NCBI GenBank assembly: GCA_907165135.1 | Contig: OU015568.1 | Location: 1,488,001-1,552,000, forward strand | DNA length: 64,000 bases | Source of the DNA: Oikopleura dioica | Lineage: Eukaryota > Animalia > Chordata | Direction of reading: 5' to 3' | In this document: positions 1-19,425 of the stretch, piece by piece | How positions within the stretch are numbered: position 1 is the first letter of the stretch | Layout: every line of letters begins with the position of its first letter | Notes under the pieces: model-generated | What the model saw: the letters and a program-made list of their open reading frames with translations, nothing else | Told to the model about the DNA's origin: nothing | Database searches by the model: none | Made by a program: the position numbers and the translations under genes

Positions 1-250
1 TTGAAGCTTCCTAATGTTCCACACGGATTCTCAAAACAAGTGCTTTCACGCCGCGCCGCTTCTTCTCTCACGCTGCGCGTCTCACGACGGTGCAGCTCTC
101 ATTTCAAAAGCTCATATAAAATTCCATTAATTCAAATTTTCATCAGGGTTCGACCTTTCTATTCATAGAGTTAGTATCCCTCAACCCCAGCGCAAATTTG
201 TGGGAGCGCTGTTCAAAAAGTGCCGAGATCGCAAAAAGCAGGGACTACCT

Positions 251-755
251 CCTTAACCTTAGCCCGCCAAGGTACACCACAACTCGGAAATCGTTCATAT
301 TTCTGCTCACTGCGCTGAACATTGACAATTTTTTCGAAAACTGAGGATACGCTGAGACGGTTTGATCGATTATCTATCGATGTTGTGATCTTGGACCAGT
401 TTCTGATAGACCTTAGCGTTTCTGATATATGGTGTCGAGCTACAATTGTTGGTGCACCATATATGGTGTTTTTGGCGGGTACCCCAGCTTTTTCCCAGCG
501 ATTTCGCCGAAAGTTAACCCTGGTCATCTTCTCTGATCCTCAATTTTTAAATTCAAGTGAGTGAGTTTTTGTATGAATCAACTCTAGAATCATCATGGGA
601 CCACTTTAATGGATCAAAAAAATTATTTTCTAACATAGACTTTCAATAAAATCATGAGAAACAAAATATGGTGTCGGGCTACAATGGAGGATGCAATATA
701 TGGTGTTCTTGGCGGGTACCCCAGAAAATCCACTTTTGGCGGGCTAAGGTTAAGG
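251..755. mobile_element. MITE-like element with 20-bp terminal inverted repeats and internal ~60-bp direct repeats
   Basis: CCTTAACCTTAGCCCGCCAA (251-270) is the exact reverse complement of 736-755. Near-identical direct repeats at 427-487 and 666-724. No target duplication or transposase seen. Confidence 0.6.
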
Positions 756-869
756 GGTGACAATTTTAATTTTAAACAAAAATTCCTTTCTTTTTTGCAA
801 TTCCTACCCTCCTCAAAGAAATCACATGGATTGGATTCAAGTCCCTTAATTCCTTTGGAATCTGAATCT

Positions 870-1680
870 CGTTCTTCTTCCAACCTTTTTCCAATTCTTC
901 TTCTTTTCGAATGCTGTTAAGAGCAATTGTAGTGGATAACTTGATGTAATGATCACCGAGCTTGACGCTCATCAAGTAGAATTTTCCCTTGAAACTGGCG
1001 GAAGACACTTTCGCGTTAAAGTGGTTGCTAGCTATGTAGCCTTGCGCTAACTCGAACGGTGTTTGAAAAAAATGGTGACTAAGTGACAAATAGACGGCCT
1101 CAACTTTTTACAAACTCCTCCTCGAAACGATTTAAATTGTAATCTGGAGCATAGTAGAAGCATTTATTCTCTCTCGAAGTTGGACGGCTTGTTATGGTCA
1201 AATATAATTCATAATTAGATAATAATACTCCTCTCTTTCGACCTTTTTCAGATGACGATGACTGGAAATACCTTTGTGTCTTTCTCTTTGCGGCGAATTT
1301 CAATGTGATGATTTCGAATGTGAAGATCCAAAGTGAAAGACGAAAAAACCTCTTCAACTTGAGCTTTACACAGTCGATATTTTATTCTAAAGACTTACAT
1401 TGTATTCAGTTGATTCGGAATAAATGCCGATGACGTTCCAGTTTCAGTTAATCTTTGTAAGTTTCCAAGGGCATCGACCAAATAGTGCTCGCCATTAAGA
1501 TTACAATAATTTTTTTAGATATTTCACCTAGATCCGAAAATATAATCGGAAATGTTTGCTTTTTAATATCTTCCCGATTCGCCATGCATTTGCAGTTGCT
1601 TAGCCTAAACATAAAGTTGAAAATACAAGCTTTCAATTTTTTTCGTCGTGAAAGCGCTTCGTCAGATTTTCTTCCATGTC
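870..1680 (-). CDS. Probable multi-exon gene of unknown function (boundaries uncertain)
   Basis: Open, protein-like segments between short AT-rich gaps: NGEHYLVDALGNLQRLTETGTSSAF, EVFSSFTLDLHIRNHHIEIRRKEKDTK, VEAVYLSLSHHFFQTPFELAQGYIASNHF. No recognisable domain and frames not fully joined. Confidence 0.3.
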
Positions 1681-3870
1681 TTTGATAAGATGATTACTAA
1701 TCATAGATGAGGTGTTACAGTGGATTGGATTCACAAAAATAAAGTCAAAAATTTGGGAAACAATTCGTTGATAAAAAAGTTACAAAGTTTAAAGCCTAAT
1801 CGATAAATAACATGAGTAGGAATCTTGAGTATACTGTATCTGTCAACACGCGGTTTATGAGTTCGGCTGCGGGCGTTTATTAACTCAAATTAGCACTGGT
1901 CCGTGTTTTTTACAGATTTATGCTTCTCCAATCTGAAAATTGAGATACGGCAAGTCAGCGTGGTCTTAGCGAGAATATAACTAGCATTAAGAAGAAATCT
2001 ATTGACGCGGGACGCTTCTTTTGTGATGACAAGTATAAATCCAGGTGTTTTATGCGCGACACATCATCGACTTTTTCAAACGCATGCAAAATCTGCCGAA
2101 TCGAACAAGGTGAAACACGTGATAATCGAATAATAGTTACTCAATACAAAAATAGAGTTACCCTCAGTGACTTAGGCTAAGACTTAGCCGCTAAGTCCCA
2201 AAGTACAAACCTTCACTGAAAAAAATCCGTCGTCAAGAAATCTGGAAGCCGAATTTCGCGATTTTTGCCGAAAAATGGAACCGACCAAAATTGAAAATGG
2301 TTTGAAATAAACTTATCTTATAGATTTTGAAAAGATATTTTCTGACCCGTATTTGAAGGGGCGAAACATTAACACCTTATAAATCTTTAGGGTGGCATAA
2401 AGTCAGTTTCTTCTTTTCCTTTTCCTAAAACCCCTCATTCTTATGAAACTCCATCACTAACAATGATTCATTGACTCCCTATGTCAATCTTTTCTTGAGC
2501 CTTTGAAAGCCTTGCTCGGAAGGGCTATCTGTTATCGCCCAACTGTTATCGCCTTTTCCTGCGCTTGACGAAAAAGAAGAGTTTTTAGACCTCTTTTTGC
2601 CAATCATCCCCATTAGGTTTGTCGCCTGAGGACAAGACCCAAGGGGAGCCTGTTTTCGGGAAATAATAAGCATCATCATTTTGGCAGCCGCAATTAGCAC
2701 TCAACAGGAAATTCATCATTCAATCTATCAATGGAGTTTTCCGAGTTCGTCAAAGTTAAGAAAATTCGAGCAAAAAAATAAATTCTACGGAATCGAATAA
2801 TTGACTGATTATTGATCGATTGAAGCTGCATTCTGAAATGTATACTGAAAAAATTGCATTTTCCTGATCCGCCGGCCGGAATCCGATCGCCAGATAAAGG
2901 TCTCCCGCTGCGCGCTTTTTGGATTTTCCGGCTGCTCTGATCACATCAACCCTTTTTCGACCGAGTCAGTTGGGAATCTTCTCTGTTGTTGCAACTTTGG
3001 AGTTTATCACGTGATAACTGTCAGTTGCCGTTCAATGCGTATAAGAATGCTGGAAAAGGTTGACAAGCTCAGTTACTGTCTTGCTTCAAATACAGTTTTG
3101 TTAAAGTTGAGAGAGATTTTTCGAGAAGAAAAAGATAAATAAGGTGAGTGTAACACTAAAAAATGTGGAAAACAGGGTCTCGACGTTAGTGGAAACTATC
3201 CATGGAAATTTCATAGTGCAGATGGCCCGGTTTCTCGGCCATATTGTAGCGTTGGCTTCTTTCAATTACCCTTTATATGTCCAGATTGAAACGATAATGA
3301 TGCATTCCTAAATTTTTTAACAAAAAAGAATCACCTGAAAAAATTTTGAAGAGAAGTAGAAAAGACAGCCCGTGTGGAAATTTTAACAAGAGAGTAAGCA
3401 TTACGTTTATTTAACTAGTCTATGAAATGAATAATTTTCTGCTCGCATCTGAAAACTTTATGAATCGGCAATTTTGAATTTGAGAAAGATTTTCGAAGAT
3501 AAAAAAGGTATTTTTAATGAAGAAAATTTCCTTTGGAAGTCACAAAATGAGAATTTATCACTTAGGCTATTATTAATTAGATTTAAAATTTGCGTGATTG
3601 TCGCTTATCTGCGCGTCTGCACTACACCTCAGGCGACTTTGGCGAGCGAGTGATAAGAGCGGTGATGAGCATCGATGCCTCCGCAGCTCTAGCCTTGTCG
3701 CAATTAGGCACACAGCCCCGCGGGCGCTCAACTTGCGTTTACTTTTTTTTAATTGCCATTTTGGAAGAGGAGTGTTTCTAGAGATTTATTTACGAGCGCG
3801 CGGCTTGACTAGACATTCTCAGATAACCAAAAGTCTAACTCTAACTTGGAATGCAACTTTTTTTGGAAAT

Positions 3871-3880
3871 TATATAAAAG
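3871..3880 (+). promoter_or_regulatory. Candidate TATA box of the SERCA gene
   Basis: TATATAAAAG about 170 bp upstream of the SERCA ATG, next to GC-rich motifs. Confidence 0.3.
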
Positions 3881-4044
3881 GCGCCTTGTTTTTATTCCAT
3901 AAAAGCCCCGGGCGCGCGCAGCTTTTCTGGCCCCTCTTTTTTTTTATACAATTTGCCTGAAAAGGCGGCAAGATTCATTCAGAGCAGATTGGATTTGAAT
4001 GAGATGAAAAATCCTAATTTCATTCATTTTAGATAGAATCGGGG

Positions 4045-8537
<4,493 letters not shown>

Positions 8538-8887
8538 ATCAATTTTTTCTCCTCCTTGATTTCAAAGAATCTATCAATTACACTACATTTTACAATTCAG
8601 TTTCAACTGTCTTACCGCTTATTTATACAGTATACATTTTATACAAATTTTATCGACCTTCAAACATACCCTTATCAGCTATGTTTTATTATGACTCATA
8701 ATTAAACTGATAAAATCATTTCCTGTACATATTTAAAACATAAATTAGAGGCAAAAACACTATGAAATTAGGCTTTTCTTATTTTTAAAAACTTCCTGTG
8801 CCAACTTGTCAAAAGAATCCTACTACAACACTTGTGCTCCTGCAAATAAAAATTCAAAATTCGAAAAACGGTTTTTTATTTGGAATT

Positions 8888-9291
8888 TCAAACAGCGTAT
8901 TTAACGCTCATTAGGAGTGGATGATTTTTGTGTTCGCTGATGAGGTCACGAAAGAGAGTTCTGAACAGAGTACAGTCATACGATCGAGTCTTGAAGACCA
9001 TGCAATCTCTTATTAGAGTCAAGATATTCCATATAACCGGCACAGGCTCGTGAAACTGAGCTTTGATCATACAAAAATGTTTGACTCTTCCTAGTGTATC
9101 TTTCCAAGTCTTCATCTTCCAAATCGCTTATGCTCCTAGCCCTTTCTAGCTGGCTTGGCTCTAGAAAATACACTGTAGACGAGGGGTAAAAGGGGAATTA
9201 ATAAGAAACCTTGGTGATATTTTTTATAAAATTCACGGTAGTCGAAAGCTGTAATCGCAAGAAAAAGCGAAAAGAAAACAGTTATCTTCAT
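8888..9291 (-). CDS. Small secreted orphan protein (3' end uncertain)
   Basis: MKITVFFSLFLAITA signal-like start, then a GT-AG intron joining in frame to YFLEPSQLERARSISDLEDEDLERY...ACAGYMEYL. Confidence 0.45.
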
Positions 9292-9547
9292 CTTTTTTTT
9301 TCTTACTTTGAAGAAAGACATCTTGTTTTAAACTGAAAAGTGCGTTCATCATTGAACGTTATTTTCCTGCCAATAAATTGGTTAAAAATGCAATACCGCT
9401 GATCTATTTTGTCCTGTCAAGGGAACCATTTTCTGCACTGATAATTTCCACCTGTTCACGAATTGACCTCATTGTGCGTTAAACTGTCACGGTTGCTGTA
9501 TAAAAATCCGAAACCCGATTTACCCTCATCATTTTGAAGATTGAAAA

Positions 9548-10008
9548 ATGAAGATTTTACTTGCTTTTTTCGCAATTTTTAGCTCGGCGCTTGAAATAAT
9601 CACCTCCACGGAAGAACACTTAGAAGACCTTTTCGCAGTGATGGACGAGTTGAGGGATGATGATCGTTTCAAAGACTCCATCGACAATTTTCTTGGCGGA
9701 AATACAATGGAAGAATTGAAAGAGAAGATGATCGAGGTTTGTGACTGTTTTTTTTCTGAAAAAGGACCAATGATTTCTTTCCTTAGGCACAGAGCTTGGA
9801 AGCATCAGCTCAAAAATCAATAGAAGTACTGATGGAACCCGCCCAAGTTATGGAAGCATTCGACTCAATGATCGAAGACCTGGCTGAAGATGATCAGTTT
9901 TCATCTCAAAGATACGAGAAAATTATCCAAAGCTCCTACGACAGCGCTCTCTCGCAAAATCTTTCATACTTTTGCTTCTTTTTCTTTCTTGCCTTGATTC
10001 TTGTTTAG
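9548..10008 (+). CDS. 136-aa acidic protein with signal peptide and C-terminal hydrophobic (GPI-like) tail
   Basis: join(9548-9736,9787-10008) across a 50-nt GT-AG intron. Starts MKILLAFFAIFSSA and ends SQNLSYFCFFFFLALILV*. Confidence 0.7.
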
Positions 10009-10261
10009 TTGCCGTCTCAAGGCAAAAATTTTCGATTTTATAAAATGCTACATTTTCGTTATTGGTAACTACACAGCCTATTCGTAATAAGGATAAATAT
10101 TTTTAATGAAAATTATTCAAAATTTTTCAGAAAAGATTTTCAAAATGAAACAATAAAATGAAACGATAAATCCTACATTCACTCCAATCTGCCCATTTTA
10201 CAATACTTTGAAATAAAAAAATACGCTATACAAAAATCAATATGTAAAAATGTATTTGACC

Positions 10262-10690
10262 TCAGAAAGCTGTCATTTTCGCATCGTAGCAAAGTCCAGT
10301 AATGCAGGATTCAACTTGGAGCATTTCTGACAGCATGTTGTCCATTTGCTATGAAGAACAACGCGTTAAAATCATCATAAGGCTACAGTTGTTACTGTAA
10401 TACCTGATCGAGAGCATCAACGTGAGAGCTGAGAAGAATCGAAGCCTGCTGGAGTTGATTGAAATCGTTGGTGATGCAGCAGAGGCGAGAGTCTGATCCG
10501 TCTTCACGGCAGATACCAGAGCTGATGCATCGATTATCCCAATCTCGATCGGTCTCTAGCGAGATAATGGTTACAGTTGAAACTTGAGGAAGATAATAAT
10601 TGAAAACCTAAGACGCCAGCTTCAGCCATTGAGTTGTAGCAACGGCCAAGTTCGTTGAAAGTTTTTTCTTGCTCGATGTAGCGGTCTTTT
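10262..10690 (-). CDS. Cys-rich orphan protein, 3 exons recovered (5' end unresolved)
   Basis: Frame-consistent GT-AG joins (exons ~10608-10690, 10404-10555, 10262-10348) give RYIEQEKTFNELGRCYNSMAEAGVLETDRDWDNRCISSGICREDGSDSRLCCITNDF...QVESCITGLCYDAKMTAF*. Confidence 0.55.
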
Positions 10691-11536
10691 TGTAATGGTC
10701 AAAAATAAATTGAAATTGATTTTTTTTCTTATAGCTAAGAACCACAAGTCTGATGCTCGATATATCTTTATTCATTTTTCTAGAGGGCCGCATGTGATAG
10801 CATAAATTTATTTACATAACTGCCCCCATTCGCAGCGAATATATGATGCCCATGTGGTCATTCTCCTTATAAAAACAGAGAAATATCAACCTTGGGAAGG
10901 GTTTGACCAGTTCCGATAGCATCGCCATAGTATTTTATATTATCCGCCATTTGCTCCCTCACACGACAGTAATCATCTGTAACTTGCGCCGAAACAATAG
11001 CCAGAAAAGAAATGCAAATCTTCATCTTCCAACTTTCTCTTTACATTTTTTTTTCAAAATTTTCATGCCAAGAAAAGAGTCCCAGATGTTGGTTTTCTCA
11101 TGACGCACGTATCTTTAATTTTTTCTTTGAGAATCTATGTTGTATTTGAGCTTTGCTGATTTTATTTATTCCACAGTTGAAGCGAAAATCGTGCCACAGA
11201 ACAAGACCTCTACCAACTTGGTACTTCTCGACACTGTATTCGAAGACACTGTAGATTGTAGCTACTTAGGAGAAAAATTGACCGAACAAGGTACCGATCT
11301 AAACCTTGAGTGGCTGTGCAAACTACTGTATAAATAGTTGAACAGAAGACATCTGGAGTTAATCAAATTCTTACTCGTCCACTTGTCTGCATCAATTTTT
11401 GATGATCAGGAGATTGCTTCCTTATATAAAGTCGAAGTCATTAATTTTTCAGTTGAAGAATGAGTTAAATTCTCAATTTAACTTGTCAATATCCTGTCTC
11501 ATTTACTGTCTAGTCTTCAAATTGGATGAGGATGAG

Positions 11537-12572
11537 TCATATTTTCTGCAATTGACATAATTTTATTTTTAAATTCTCGCAAAAGAAGAAAAAAAAGGGA
11601 TAAAAAAGTAGGAAATTTCGGACGACTTTGAAGATTGGTAGAAAAGAGGATTTCCATGGCAAAGAAGACTTGATTGATTCCGTTCGATTTTTAGAACTAA
11701 ATATGCTCGGTGAATGGAATTGATTGGGACGACTTACGGAATATTTGTTTCCAAGATCGAAAGATCTGTATTTGCCGAATTTGAGCCCTTGAGGATTCCA
11801 GTTCGGTCGGCCTGGTCGAGGAGGTGCTCTTCGGTCCATTAGGGACCAGACTGGGGGTCGAGACATAGATTCGGCTGTGCCGAGGGTAAACGGAAGAATA
11901 AGACCTAGGAAGCAAATTATGAACTGTTTCTTCTATGATTTCAAACGAAAAATTTTAACTTATTGAAGTAAGGGTGTCACAACGAACGAAGTTTTAAAGA
12001 AAATAAAATTTAAGATATTTTTGGCGGAGAAAACAAACTTACCAAGAATGCTAAACTGCATGATTAAAAAAAGCTTCTCTTCGCGGTTTTCTATAAGTTG
12101 ACAATTTGTGACGAGCGAACTCCCTGTCCGTCCAGTTTTATAACTCTCATTTGGAAAAAGAGCGAGGGGCGCTCGAGTAGACTCGCGCCATCTCTTCATT
12201 AACCATTTTGATGGTTCAATATTATTAAAAATATAAACTACTGAAGCTGCAATTATCATTATTCGAATAAAATGTATAACACGGCGTTGATAATCAAAAA
12301 CAGTAGTTTTTATTAAAAATCTTCAGAAGCAGCAGCTTTCTTCTCGCCATTTCTTTTGATACAGTAAACGATCAGCCCAACAAGGAGCAACAAAACGACC
12401 ATAAAGATACCACCAAGGAGTTCTTCTCCAAGAAACATAACCATGGCGTGAAACCAGAAATTCGCGGCGACATCATCATCCGCTCCACCAGCAGTTGCTC
12501 CTTCTTCCTTTTATTTTTTGACAGATGATTTTCGAGACAAAAAGCAGATGGAACATCTTTAATGGAATTCAA
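11537..12572 (-). CDS. Possible multi-exon gene of unknown function
   Basis: Exon-like block GLILPFTLGTAESMSRPPVWSLMDRRAPPRPGRPNWNPQGLKFGKYRSFDLGNKYS bounded by AG and GTAAGT, with further open segments upstream. No homology recognised. Confidence 0.3.
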
Positions 12573-13749
12573 GCAGACTGTTGTTTGCTGTGAACTTGAA
12601 GCGTAAAATATTGACCTCAGTTTATTTCTTATTCAGAATTAGTAACTGTACCTGGACTGTAGTCATTTTCGAACTGATCTGATGAAAGTACCGTTGCAAA
12701 CAAATAATTTCATTATTCTAGAATTGAGCACGAGTATTTTCTTTATGAATGGCTTGCGATTCGGAAGTGCGTCTGTCCAAATCTAACAAGTTTTGATCCA
12801 CATGTATTGAATGAGTTTATCTTCTTTGATGTATCAATTAAGCGCTCAGCGCGCCAATTTCGATTTCTATTTACTTTGCTTCGATACAAAAAGATCTGAA
12901 GCTTACTACTTCTGAGCTTGTAAGAAACCCCCATCTCGGTTGCCAATTTGTCCTTTTATCCGATTATCCTGTAAATTGGCCTTGCAGAGAAACTGTTCCT
13001 ATGCGAAGTACGACTTCAGAGATAGCGCTTTGTACAGGAATTACTCTTCTCTTCGCTGCTTTTATCTTACACACAGGTACTAGACACGGGAATGAGAAGT
13101 TGAAAGATAAATTATTTACACCTAGTTTCTTATCAACATAGATGTTGGATTACTGATAAGTCGGACGATAATGAAAGTTTGTACTCGAGATGTCTTGGAA
13201 TGAAAAGTGTTGCGAACTCAATAAATTATTAAAAAAATAGAAATAAAATAAACTTTTTTAAAAAAAAATTCATTCAAAACCCTCATCATACCATCTTATT
13301 TCATCATTAACTTCAGTAACCTTCCACCATCGTTGCTGGCTAACTGATGGTTCGGACGACAATGAAGGGATCTACGATAACTGTCTAGGTGAATTCGCCT
13401 TTACAGAAAAAAAACCATATGTCCATGAAAACAGGAAGCCCTGAATTGAATGATTGAACATATGGAAATCGCTCTATCAAATTACTAGATTATCCATTCA
13501 GAGGGGGCTAAATAGATTTTTCCCTGACTAACCCTGTCGACTTTATTTAGGCATGTTTCGGGATGTTACAGAACAAACCATTTTTGTTGTTGTCTGCGAG
13601 AGTAATTTCGGGACATACAGTAATGAATCGTTAATACTAACTTATTGGCTTGTCAATCAGCTTTGACAAGCTACTGATGAACAAGTGACATCATATTATT
13701 CGTTCGTCAGTAATAAAAATGTGTGTTTTCGCGACACTATTACAGTGGT

Positions 13750-15236
13750 ATTCCTGTAATCATGGAACGACACTTTGCAGAAAATGGGCGACGGGCAATA
13801 TCATCACAACAAATTTACCAAGGAACGGCTTTTTTATTTCTTTGAAAATGTATTTTTAACAAGGAAATCATGAATTTATAGTCGCTCCATCGTACTGACT
13901 CGTTTTCCAGTTGACATTCTTTTTCCGATATTTCCGAACTCAGAAGCGGCAGTTGATTTTCGCTTCTTGGCCACTTCGGTTCCCTTGAAATAATAATTGA
14001 AGGCTTGTCGTTTCTTGAAAACAGCAGCGCATTTCTTTGATAAGGGATAAATTTAGCGCAAATACAGAGCATAATTTGTCTTGAATCCTTAACCCTTTCC
14101 TGTCTAGTGGTAAGTCTTTCGCCAATAACCGGGATTTTCTTGAAGATCCAAATTTTGAACAGGCAGATTGATGCCAGACCCCATTGAATGACTATTATTC
14201 CAAAGAAGAAAATAAATGCATGAAGGGTCGTTGAGTAGGGACGATTAAACATGGCTCTAGAATTTTATCAAAAGAGACAAAAGATTCATAGACTTACAGG
14301 GACGCTTGTGGAGGCTCGGGATTCATCGCTCGCAAAAGAGAAATTCCAGTAATACAACAGATAAATACTGGCGCCCAAACTCCGAAATAGGAAACTTTTG
14401 TATCAAACCACAGCAATTCGACAAGCAAAAAGAGCGAGGGAGCAAACTCTTTGTTAAAGAGAATGAATCTTGAAGCATCCATGCGTCGGGAAATATCGCG
14501 CACTCGAGATGTTCCAAACCATTTTGTCCACATTGTGAGCGAAAGAATAAGTCGCAATGGGGCCTAGAAAGACTTATGTTCTGTCATATTTTCATTGTTA
14601 CCTGTAAGTTGAAAATGAATGACAATATCTTGTTGCATGTCTGAGCTTTTGAGCCAAAACCTTGGATAATCAAGTGCCTGTTGAAATTGACATAGATACT
14701 CAAAACGAGAGCTGAAAAAATGATATTTTTAGCGATTTGGGTTTGAGCTTACCAAGCGGGAAATAGCTTCCAAAGATCCAAGTTCTTAAACCTTCATTGA
14801 TCATTGCAGTGAGTGAAAGAGACCAGATGGCGATCGTCAGTCGAATGATGACGTAAACTCGGTCGTTTGTTACTAGGGTTGATGAGACAAAATTCATCGC
14901 TGGTTCTTGACCGAATTTGCATGCTTGAGCGTATCGTTCCAGCGATGTCATCGGTTTCGCTCCAAAATGTTTAAGGGGATCCATCTTCTTGCGGACGATG
15001 TAGGCCACCGTCCAGTTTATGATTGATATAAAAAAGAATGCAATCATGACTGAAATTGATAAGTAAGCGACGCCCTTATTTTCCTGCCCTTTTAAAAGGG
15101 GCGAAGAATAAGCTTTCAATAAACACTTCTACTTACTGACGGCAAGAGTATTGTACCAAATCGGGAGGGTCTCCGCAGTAAATCCATTGTCGATCCAAAA
15201 TTGGGGAATCGTAACATTTCGGAACTCTTCCCCCAT
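13750..15236 (-). CDS. Orphan multi-pass (7TM-like) membrane protein (ends approximate)
   Basis: N-terminal MGEEFRNVTIPQFW (N-glycosylation sequon), then successive hydrophobic exons (VAYLSISVMIAFFFISIINWTVAYIV; VYVIIRLTIAIWSLSL; FGVWAPVFICCITGISLL; LHAFIFFFGIIVIQWGLASICLF). No class A motifs. Confidence 0.6.
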
Positions 15237-15690
15237 TTTCCGTTTCTTCCAACTAAATACTTATGTAAGAAAAACAACAAAACAAAGTGCCCTTCTCGAA
15301 TTTTTTCTAGAATTCTAGGAAAAATTGATCTTTTCCTGGAATCGGCCGAGCTTTAACGAGTTCATGCTTTAAGTAGACCATATTTTCTCCGGTTTTAACA
15401 TGAAAAAAAGCTCTTCCCGGACAATCGAGTGATGAAGTGCTGTCTAAATAACGTCTATAAACTCGAAAAGGGTCATTTATTTTTGATTCATTACACTATT
15501 CCTAGTAATATAACTTTCGGTTAATGCAGTCTGGTGCAAATGCATAAGAGATTCAGAGCAATTCGGTAACCTTATTATCCGACAAAATGATCTGAAAACT
15601 GGCCTTTCATTTAATATTAATTTTATGCATCATTTTACCGCAACTATATAACAGTATTTGTTCCCTAAACAGCTCCCTTCTGACTGTCAG

Positions 15691-16452
15691 ACGTCATTAA
15701 AAAGCCTTATGAAAGTTGGGTTCTCACTGGAAGAATTCTTCTCGGAACGTCGCAAATTCTGCTGGCTATCATTTTCATGCTCAGTGTTTTCAGCTTGGAA
15801 TGTGTGCTCCTTTTTGGGTTGAAAATGAAGACGAAGCATTGTATCGCGAAATATGTTCTTGGGAATGAGTTCAATCTTGAATCTAGTAAAGGCCATGGAA
15901 GACCATAAAATTTTTCACTTTTATTGATCAGTGAATTTTAAAGGAGTGTTTTTACTGATTTCCGATTTTAATTATTTTCAAACAGAATTGTGCATCTAGG
16001 GATAGAACGATAAGTGAACTCAAAAAAGAACCACCCTCATCTGCTTCGCATGCGAGATCATTACCGCTGTCATGGTCATCATCATGATTTCCGTCGACGT
16101 CGTCCAAGACCAAGGAAACCGCGATTGGGCTCGCGGTCTCACTCTCTGCTTATATTCCGCGGCATTGACTCTTCTTGCTGCAATTTCTCAAGCAATTGCA
16201 CTTCGATTTTTCGACGCCAACGATGTCCTTGAATTCTCTCCTCCGCCGGAGAAGAAGATCATTCCAGTTTTTCAGGTTCAACTTGGAATCAACAAAGAAA
16301 GCTGATTAATATTCCCCTAGCATCCTTTGGGAGTTCCTTTGAGGGAAAGCCCAAAGCTTCAAAAAAGCAATATTCGGATGACAACCCTTCCATATGCCTC
16401 TCCATATGAGCCAAGAACATCAACTGTACCCCGCGTCACGTCACCAGTGTAA
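15691..16452 (+). CDS. Claudin/PMP22-like tetraspan membrane protein (5' end unresolved)
   Basis: Exons encode SWVLTGRILLGTSQILLAIIFMLSVF, TTLICFACEIITAVMVIIMISV, WARGLTLCLYSAALTLLAAISQAIAL and a Pro-rich tail ending VTSPV*. Confidence 0.45.
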
Positions 16453-16833
16453 GTAGTTTAATTTCTGAATAGCAACAATGGTCAAGGTTCATCTCAAATG
16501 AAATAGCCACTCCCAAAATGGAACGTCCAATTATGAATTGACAATTAAAATTGCATTTTTAGATCGGTTTCAAGCTTCAGCTCAAGTGTTTCCTCAAGAT
16601 CTACCCTCCCAAAGGTACTTTTGATTATCAAGAGGGAATAGTTCTATACAACACGAGGGGATTCTAGATTCTTGTTCAGACCTTTCTTCAAGACTTTATC
16701 TGATCTCCGTATTTTTAGGCATTACGTAATGTTACTGACAGACGAAGACCTTCAACTCATCAAAATGCTATGAAAGATTTCACTGGCTTCATAAATAAAA
16801 GCTACAATGGATAACTCTCTTTATTTCCAGTTT

Positions 16834-18895
<2,062 letters not shown>

Positions 18896-19425
18896 TGATG
18901 GTTTTGAGTTCGTTTCTCTTTATAAATAACACTGGTATAAAAAAGGGAGGAGAAAACTTACCTGTAAGGAGCAAAACAAAGTGAATAATCAAGGGATGCG
19001 GTCAAGCTTTTCTATCGCGTGAGGATTAACACAATGCTGATTACTGTTCTGTTGCGAAGGACGATCAAATACTGTATTTCAACGAAATTTATACTAAGGA
19101 ACGGGATATTAACGGCGATCATGCGATTATTTTGCTTTTTATCAAATTTTTCTATTACCGGAAAAGCTCAGATAGAAAACCATAAGACACCTGAAAATTC
19201 GTTCTGCCCGTGATAAACTCTACCATTCTATGATTTAGTGCTTCAATTAAGCCGGCGCAAATGACTTTCTAGTGCTGTTTGCGCGACATACGAGGCATAG
19301 ATCGAACGAACTTCGGTTTTCAGATACCAAGACAATTGTAGCGCCCTCATGTGGTGTTATGATTCGCGAGTTATCAAACAGAGTTTTTGTTTGTCAGAGA
19401 GTGAATTTATTGAAAGAAAAATATT

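Noticed and set aside
18940-18975. Polypyrimidine-CAG|GTAAGT upstream of tubulin as a recursive or zero-length exon site
   Set aside because: CAG|GTAAGT is also the normal donor consensus, so a short 5'UTR intron explains it.
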